From assembly GCA_048885865.1 (NCBI GenBank), contig JBHLLF010000011.1, positions 1-64,000 of the forward strand: a stretch of DNA of 64,000 nt. The letters run 5' to 3'. The DNA comes from Candidatus Hermodarchaeota archaeon. Its GTDB lineage: Archaea > Asgardarchaeota > Thorarchaeia > Thorarchaeales > Thorarchaeaceae. Positions within the stretch are counted from its first letter, which is position 1. Each line of letters begins with the position of its first letter. The translations under genes were made by a program, and so were the position numbers. Positions 58,273-64,000 of the stretch are shown here, one piece after another. The notes below the pieces were generated by a model. The model searched no databases. It was not told the DNA's origin and saw only the letters and a program-made list of their open reading frames with translations.

Positions 58273-60450
58273 TTACCTTCTCTTCCTCATCATTAGAATG
58301 ATAGCTCCCGCACCAAGAACTGCGACTCCTGCAATTCCAGTTATCAGCAATGTGCCATTTGCTACAGTTGGTTCAGTTGGGGGCGGAGTAGATGTAGGTG
58401 GAGAAATGCTCGTTGTTTCGGTCGTTCCTGAGGTTGTAGTCTCTGTAGTTGTTTCAGAAGGTTTTGGATTCACTATGACAGTCACTTCATCACTAGCTCT
58501 GTTGCCTGCTATGTCGAGCAACTCCAACCGATAGATGTGTGTACCTGGAGAGAGGCCATCCACTGACACCTCTATGACATGGATAGGCAAAGTCCAGTCA
58601 GCTGTTTCAATTAAGTCCCCATTGAGATATACCTGATACGAATATGGATTCCGATCACTAATAGACCAAGATATAGAATTACCAGTGACTCCCTCGTCGT
58701 AGGCGAAATCAGTAGGACCATCTATTTCTGGAATGATTGTATCTTCAACAGTGATTACAATCTCCGTGAAAATGAAATTCATAGATGGATCGTAGGCCCT
58801 GACTTCTACAGGATAGATGCCCAATGGCAGCACCTCAGTGTCAAGCAAGGTCCCGTCAGCATCTATGGAGAAATGATCAGTATCATTGATCCAATACGTG
58901 GAGATTCCATAGAGGTCGAATGCCTCTATAACGATCATGACTCGATCTCCTTGCTCTATCGTTTCATCCGCTGGAGGAGTAATCCATTCAGGTGGCGTCG
59001 TGTCAACGGAAGTGATTTGCAATGAATGACTCATTCTCCTTCCATCAGTTGTATTGACGCGAAGAGTGAATTTATACATCCCAGGATCGAGAGAAGGAAG
59101 TTCTACATCAATGGATTTCCCATTCCAAGCTCCTTCCTCAAGAGTGAAGCCGTCTTGCTCTACACTGTAATAATCAGGCCGGACTGCAGAAGCATTCCAA
59201 ACGATATTGCTTGCGAATCCAGCCTCAACATTGAAATCGGGAGGATTGCCTGTGGTAAGAATTGGGACTGGATATCGATCAAGGCTCCCTCGATCACCGG
59301 TAATGGGATAGGGATCGAAGTTTGATATGCCGCCCCAGGCATTACCCAAACTGATACCGTCATCCCAATTGTTAGGGAGGGATTTAGTTGCCGGACCGGC
59401 GAAGTCATAGGCATTCCCTCTCAGGTTGTACCCGATATAATTGGCGTAAAGCATGCAATAGGCTGAGTCATAGAAGTATGCCCCAACTCCTTCATTATCG
59501 ACTATGTCGTTTGCTGTGAAGTTGTCGTACCACGAGTGAATCACATAGATTGCATTGCTTTTCATAGTACTGATGTTGTTAGATGAAACAGCATTTCTAT
59601 TGGATGAATCTAGGAAAATCCCGTTCTCCCCATCCTGGATGACATTATGGAGAATCGAGGAGTTAAGCGTGAATTTGGTGTAGATATTAGTTCGCACATT
59701 GACGATTGAATTGGAAGAAATGCTCAATCGTTCGCAAGAGTATAGGGAAATTCCGCTGCTAGCACTCTCAATCACATTTGCAACTATCTTCGTGTCTGTA
59801 CATGTATCCGCGATGATGCCGCTTGTGATGATTTCAATATCATTGCCAATTAGAGTTGTAGAATCAATTTTGTATGCATAGACTCCGTAGTCAAATTCGG
59901 AAATTACACATCCACTTATGCTTGAAGAAGAAACCTTCTCAAGACGAACTCCTCCCTTTCCCTTTGTTATCTGACAGGAACTGATATTCACATTCTGAAC
60001 TTTTAGCAAACTGATCCCTGTAGCCATTCCGCCCACGATGCTGCCCTCTACCACTCCATTGCTGACTCGTTCAATCTCTATTCCCTTGCCATCTACAACA
60101 GCATCCCTATTCTCAAGAAGACAGTTCCTTATGACGAAATAAGATAGGGTGCCTACAATTTTGATACAGTAGATATTGGACTGGATATGAAGTCCTTCAA
60201 TAATGAATGGCTTGTCCTTTGTTCCCTCTCCAGGCCAATCCTTGCTGAAATCATCATCAGAGCCAATGTAAATGGGGCTGTGAGGAACGTATCCCGCCGA
60301 TATTGAGGCAGCGTCAGAATAGGCTGGGAAGTCTGCATGAGTGAGTGGTGCGTTATTCTCTGTATGGACGGAGAGAATTAAAAGAACAAGAACAAAGCTG
60401 AATGCAGAAATCGACCTCAGATTGAACACACGACACCTCTCCATGTCCAT
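58273..60450 (-). CDS. NosD/CASH beta-helix plus Ig-like surface protein, TM anchor
   Basis: GEGTKDKPFIIEGL, PbH1-like repeats, WDDGISLGNAW, DTTPPEW; Thr/Pro stalk, TM, RKRR tail. Confidence 0.85.
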   Translation of the reverse strand: MDMERCRVFNLRSISAFSFVLVLLILSVHTENNAPLTHADFPAYSDAASISAGYVPHSPIYIGSDDDFSKDWPGEGTKDKPFIIEGLHIQSNIYCIKIVGTLSYFVIRNCLLENRDAVVDGKGIEIERVSNGVVEGSIVGGMATGISLLKVQNVNISSCQITKGKGGVRLEKVSSSSISGCVISEFDYGVYAYKIDSTTLIGNDIEIITSGIIADTCTDTKIVANVIESASSGISLYSCERLSISSNSIVNVRTNIYTKFTLNSSILHNVIQDGENGIFLDSSNRNAVSSNNISTMKSNAIYVIHSWYDNFTANDIVDNEGVGAYFYDSAYCMLYANYIGYNLRGNAYDFAGPATKSLPNNWDDGISLGNAWGGISNFDPYPITGDRGSLDRYPVPILTTGNPPDFNVEAGFASNIVWNASAVRPDYYSVEQDGFTLEEGAWNGKSIDVELPSLDPGMYKFTLRVNTTDGRRMSHSLQITSVDTTPPEWITPPADETIEQGDRVMIVIEAFDLYGISTYWINDTDHFSIDADGTLLDTEVLPLGIYPVEVRAYDPSMNFIFTEIVITVEDTIIPEIDGPTDFAYDEGVTGNSISWSISDRNPYSYQVYLNGDLIETADWTLPIHVIEVSVDGLSPGTHIYRLELLDIAGNRASDEVTVIVNPKPSETTTETTTSGTTETTSISPPTSTPPPTEPTVANGTLLITGIAGVAVLGAGAIILMMRKRR

Positions 60451-60664
60451 GTCACCCAGCTAAACAAAGGACTCGAAGGCGAGGGCGTGCATTCCTATTC
60501 AAGTATGATATGATATAGGATACATAAGCTTCTTAGTAAAATCAATCGTATATTAAACAGAAAGCTTCGTCGATTTTTCGAAGACTCTGTGCACCTGTTG
60601 TGACTTATGGTGAATTAACTCTACAGACAATAATCATCTCTGGTAATTATTCTCGCTGCATGAG

Positions 60665-62263
60665 CTATGCAACTTCACGCTTCTTCCCAATGACAAAGAG
60701 AATCGCAAAACCTAGGGCGGTTGGGATTCCGATGCCAGTTGCCACTACTACAGGTTCAATATATGGGCCTGCCATGGAACCATCTGCGGGAGGAGTACCA
60801 GCGACATCAGTCTTGGGCTTCGGAATTGGAGTGGTAGTTGGAACAGGAGTCTTACCTTCTACAGTGACTTTGACTGAAGCGGATGCCGAGTTGCCACCAA
60901 GATCGTACACGTCCATTCGGTATATGTATTCACCTGCAGAGAGACCATCAATGGATATTACTACCGTATCAGAGTTTTCAGGCCAATCAAAGGATTCAAC
61001 TGGTGCACCATCGACATAGATTGTATATGATTTGAGATTGATATCAAAGGCCGACCACTCAAGTGACTTGCCAGTGTCCCCTTCCTTGTATGTCACATCT
61101 TCTGGACCAACTATCTCTGGACTGATGGTGTCTTGTACAGTGACTGTGAAAGTAGCAGAGCAGAAATTATTGAATGGGTCATAGGCACGAACTTCAACAG
61201 TGTATTCTCCAAAGGCCAGCGGCTGATTGCATGTGATGTTTGCCTTGTAATCAACGCTGGAATCAATAAACTCAATGCTGAAGAGATCAGTATCGTCTAT
61301 CCAATAGGTTGAGATACCACTGTCATCGTCTGCTTCGACAACCATCTTGAATGTGTCGCCGCATTCTATTGTCTGCTCTATCGGAGCTGTGATCCACTCC
61401 GGTGCAACGGTATCAGGATCTGAACCAATTGGGTATCGGTCAACACTTCCTCTATCACCAGAAATGGGATACACTCCTATGCCCTCATAGTCATCCCAAT
61501 CGTTTCCAAGGCTTACATCATCATCCCATAGGTTTGAGTAGGTTGCCGAATGGTCACCAATGGCATCTCTTGCATTTACCCACATGTTGGACTCAAAGTA
61601 GTTGCCAAACAAAGTGCAAGAGCCGGAGTCATAGAGAAAGACACCTATTCCGTCATTATTGGCTATCGTGTTGTAGGTCACAGTGCAATCAAATGAGAAA
61701 GCGAGGAAAAGAGCGCACCATTTAGAGTCAGTGATCTCATTATTCATGATCAGTATCGATGAGGAGTGTTTGATTTGGATACCAATTCTCACAGAGCTGA
61801 TTTCATTTCCCTGTATCACAATGTTTTCAGATTTATGAATTCCAAAACCACGATTCACATCAGAAAAGGCACAGTCCTCAATAACTCCATTCTCGACATT
61901 AGCAAGGTAAATACCAGTGCTGCCCCATCCATTGCTTCTACCTTCAAAGATAGAATCTCTGATTATGAAATGAGCAGTTGTGCCCCGGATTCTGATCCCG
62001 AATCCTCTAATTTCAAGTTGAAGCCCCTCTATGATGAATGGTTCATCTTCGGTTCCTTCGCCGCGAAAATCATATTTACGGAAGTCCTCATTTGATTTGA
62101 TGTAGATCCCTTTATTTTTGCAGTCTGGCGAAACTCCTCCATCCACGGAGGTGGGATTCACAAATACTGGAAATACAAGCAGTACTAGAAACAGACTAGC
62201 AGCTATCACAAACCTTCTGCGGAAGACCTGCATCCTCATCATGGGACTCCCATCCGGTACCAA
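60665..62263 (-). CDS. NosD/CASH beta-helix plus Ig-like surface protein, tandem paralog
   Basis: GEGTEDEPFIIEGL, WDDDVSLGNDW, YPISGDRGSVDRYP and DTVAPEW motifs; TM. Confidence 0.85.
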   Translation of the reverse strand: MVPDGSPMMRMQVFRRRFVIAASLFLVLLVFPVFVNPTSVDGGVSPDCKNKGIYIKSNEDFRKYDFRGEGTEDEPFIIEGLQLEIRGFGIRIRGTTAHFIIRDSIFEGRSNGWGSTGIYLANVENGVIEDCAFSDVNRGFGIHKSENIVIQGNEISSVRIGIQIKHSSSILIMNNEITDSKWCALFLAFSFDCTVTYNTIANNDGIGVFLYDSGSCTLFGNYFESNMWVNARDAIGDHSATYSNLWDDDVSLGNDWDDYEGIGVYPISGDRGSVDRYPIGSDPDTVAPEWITAPIEQTIECGDTFKMVVEADDDSGISTYWIDDTDLFSIEFIDSSVDYKANITCNQPLAFGEYTVEVRAYDPFNNFCSATFTVTVQDTISPEIVGPEDVTYKEGDTGKSLEWSAFDINLKSYTIYVDGAPVESFDWPENSDTVVISIDGLSAGEYIYRMDVYDLGGNSASASVKVTVEGKTPVPTTTPIPKPKTDVAGTPPADGSMAGPYIEPVVVATGIGIPTALGFAILFVIGKKREVA

Positions 62264-62462
62264 TCATACCTATGCTCAAATACTGATTGGTATCCTATAA
62301 TATCTATCAATATTCATTCATAAACCATATAGTAAAAGCCTCCCATATGAAAAACCGTCACAAGGCACCAATAAATCGACAGGGCTGACTGAATAACTGC
62401 ACATAATTTTCAAACTGAGCTACTTTGTCAGCCGCGTCTAGTTGAGGGACTCCAATTGATTT

Positions 62463-63527
62463 CTATTTCTCATAGAAGTACTTGCCACTCTTGTAGATGA
62501 TCTCGTCGCCTGCGATGATCTCGCCTTCTTTCATGGTCTTGATCATGTCGACATGTACAGCACTTTCATTTGTACCGTTACAATCCTCGTATGCTCTCCC
62601 AAGAGCACAATGAATAGTGTCACCTATCTTCTCATCAAAGAGCATGTTCAATGTATGTTGTGTAATTCCCCGGTTTGTGCCTATCGCCATCTCGCCTAGC
62701 CTCTTCGAGCCTTCATCAATCTCAATGATAGCTTTCAACGTGGCTTCCTCTTTCTCAGCAGAGAAATCAACAACATCGCCTTTCTCAAATGTGAGTCGCA
62801 CACCCTCGATGACCTTTCCTTGCTGAAGGAACGGAATGTCGAAGTATATCTTGCCCTCAACTGTGTCTTCTACTGGCGCAGTGAACACCTCACCCGATGG
62901 CATGTTGTGTTTGCCATCAGAAGCAATCCAGATTCGACCCTCGGTCGACGCATAAAGGTCGGTTTCAGGCCCCACAAATCTGATATCACTATGGCGTTCA
63001 AGATGCTCTTTCATAACGTACATATTCTTCGACTCTGACTCCCAATTAATGAGAGTAGCTCTATAGACAAAGTCTTTGTACTCCTCCAGACTCATGCTTG
63101 CTTGTTGTGCTAGAGTCAAGCAGGGGTGAACTGTCAAACACCACTTCTTTTTCAAGTATAATGCCGTGATTTCTTGTTGGGTCACCTGGTTCAACATAAT
63201 TCGATTAGGATCAACATTCGCTAGAGCTTTGGTGTTCATGGGAGCTCGTGCTACAATTAGTACATCAAGACTCTCGATTAAAGCCTTATAGTGCCTTGGG
63301 AATAATTGCAGTGTTTCATCACTTGCACCATCATAGAAGGCTCGCGCTGCCTCATCACTATCCATTAAATTGATCACTCGGCCGCCAGCTTTGGCAACCT
63401 CTCTATTCAAAGCGACCACCAAATCATGTGAGAGAGGGCTGCCTATGATTCCAACCATATCACCTGGCTGGATATCGGTGCTCCATTTCACCAAGATCTT
63501 TGCATGTTCAACAATTCGTGGGTCCAT
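62463..63527 (-). CDS. Aminopeptidase, M29 (AmpS/AmpT) family
   Basis: MDPRIVEHAKILV, NMPSGEVFTAP, LGE.AIG, LFDEKIG.TIH.ALG.AY and NESAVHVD motifs. Confidence 0.95.
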   Translation of the reverse strand: MDPRIVEHAKILVKWSTDIQPGDMVGIIGSPLSHDLVVALNREVAKAGGRVINLMDSDEAARAFYDGASDETLQLFPRHYKALIESLDVLIVARAPMNTKALANVDPNRIMLNQVTQQEITALYLKKKWCLTVHPCLTLAQQASMSLEEYKDFVYRATLINWESESKNMYVMKEHLERHSDIRFVGPETDLYASTEGRIWIASDGKHNMPSGEVFTAPVEDTVEGKIYFDIPFLQQGKVIEGVRLTFEKGDVVDFSAEKEEATLKAIIEIDEGSKRLGEMAIGTNRGITQHTLNMLFDEKIGDTIHCALGRAYEDCNGTNESAVHVDMIKTMKEGEIIAGDEIIYKSGKYFYEK

Positions 63528-63632
63528 ATTCTATCTACCAGCGGTAGCGCCCGGACAACATAATCATATAGCTTTTGACTGAGGCCATCATTAGATAGCT
63601 AAAAATAAAACTCGCCATCACTTCGTCTATTC

Positions 63633-64000
63633 ATGAAAGAGAAACTTGGAAAGGCCCTCGCAGCAGGGCTATATGGCAAAGGAACTCACGCAGAATCTCT
63701 GAAGATTGTTGATGGCATTTCGGATGAGCACGCAAAGAAACGGATAACGCAGAATGTCCATTCCTCTTGGGAGCAGCTATTCCACATTGTCTTCTGGCAG
63801 GATCTTTGCATAAAGGCTGCTCGATTGGAGAGAGTTGAATGGCCCAAAGATGGTGAGCCAAGTTGGCCAACTGAATCCGCATCAGTTACTTGGGAAGAAT
63901 TGGTCAGCCGCTTCAAGTCAGGTCTTGAAGAAGCAAGGACACTATCCCTGGAAAGTGACCTAGCTGCCCCCATGGCCTCATGGGCGGACTTCCCTGTTCT
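63633..64000 (+). CDS. DinB family protein, partial, runs off the window end
   Basis: Not in the ORF track. Manual translation: MKEKLGKALAAGLYGKGTHAESLKIVDGISDEHAKKRITQNVHSSWEQLFHIVFWQD...WP...WEELVSRFKSGLEEA. Confidence 0.82.
   Translation, partial: MKEKLGKALAAGLYGKGTHAESLKIVDGISDEHAKKRITQNVHSSWEQLFHIVFWQDLCIKAARLERVEWPKDGEPSWPTESASVTWEELVSRFKSGLEEARTLSLESDLAAPMASWADFPV

Noticed and set aside
1-64000. CRISPR array, tRNA/rRNA, SRP or RNase P RNA, transposase/integrase, defence systems
   Set aside because: No regularly spaced repeats, cloverleafs, conserved RNA signature motifs or recombinase/nuclease genes were recognised by eye.

Overview
Gene-dense archaeal chromosomal window, most likely from an Asgard archaeon (Thorarchaeia-like). 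This is an inference from tandem Rab-like GTPases without prenylation tails, a PCI-like membrane protein, many C-terminally anchored surface proteins, GGTGA/GGAGG Shine-Dalgarno motifs and TATA promoters. There are about 55 protein-coding genes. I could not recognise any rRNA, tRNA, CRISPR array or mobile element. The top candidate for a novel system is a 1211-aa natural fusion of a complete tungsten/molybdopterin aldehyde:ferredoxin oxidoreductase (AOR) with a long-chain acyl-CoA ligase. It lies divergent from a MoaD/SAMP sulfur carrier and two SCP2-like lipid-carrier genes, suggesting a channelled lipid-aldehyde -> acid -> acyl-CoA module. Other highlights: (1) a copper regulon (YHS protein, PadR-TRASH regulator, CopA) with a repeated ATATATC-N6-GATATAT operator and a structured 5' leader RNA; (2) a ~270-nt candidate structured ncRNA; (3) an unannotated 41-aa peptide gene behind tandem palindromes; (4) probable ATT start codons; (5) an integrin-alpha-like FG-GAP protein; (6) two membrane-anchored arylsulfotransferases; (7) a stand-alone condensation-domain acyltransferase. 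All family calls come from motif recognition by eye; no database searches were run.
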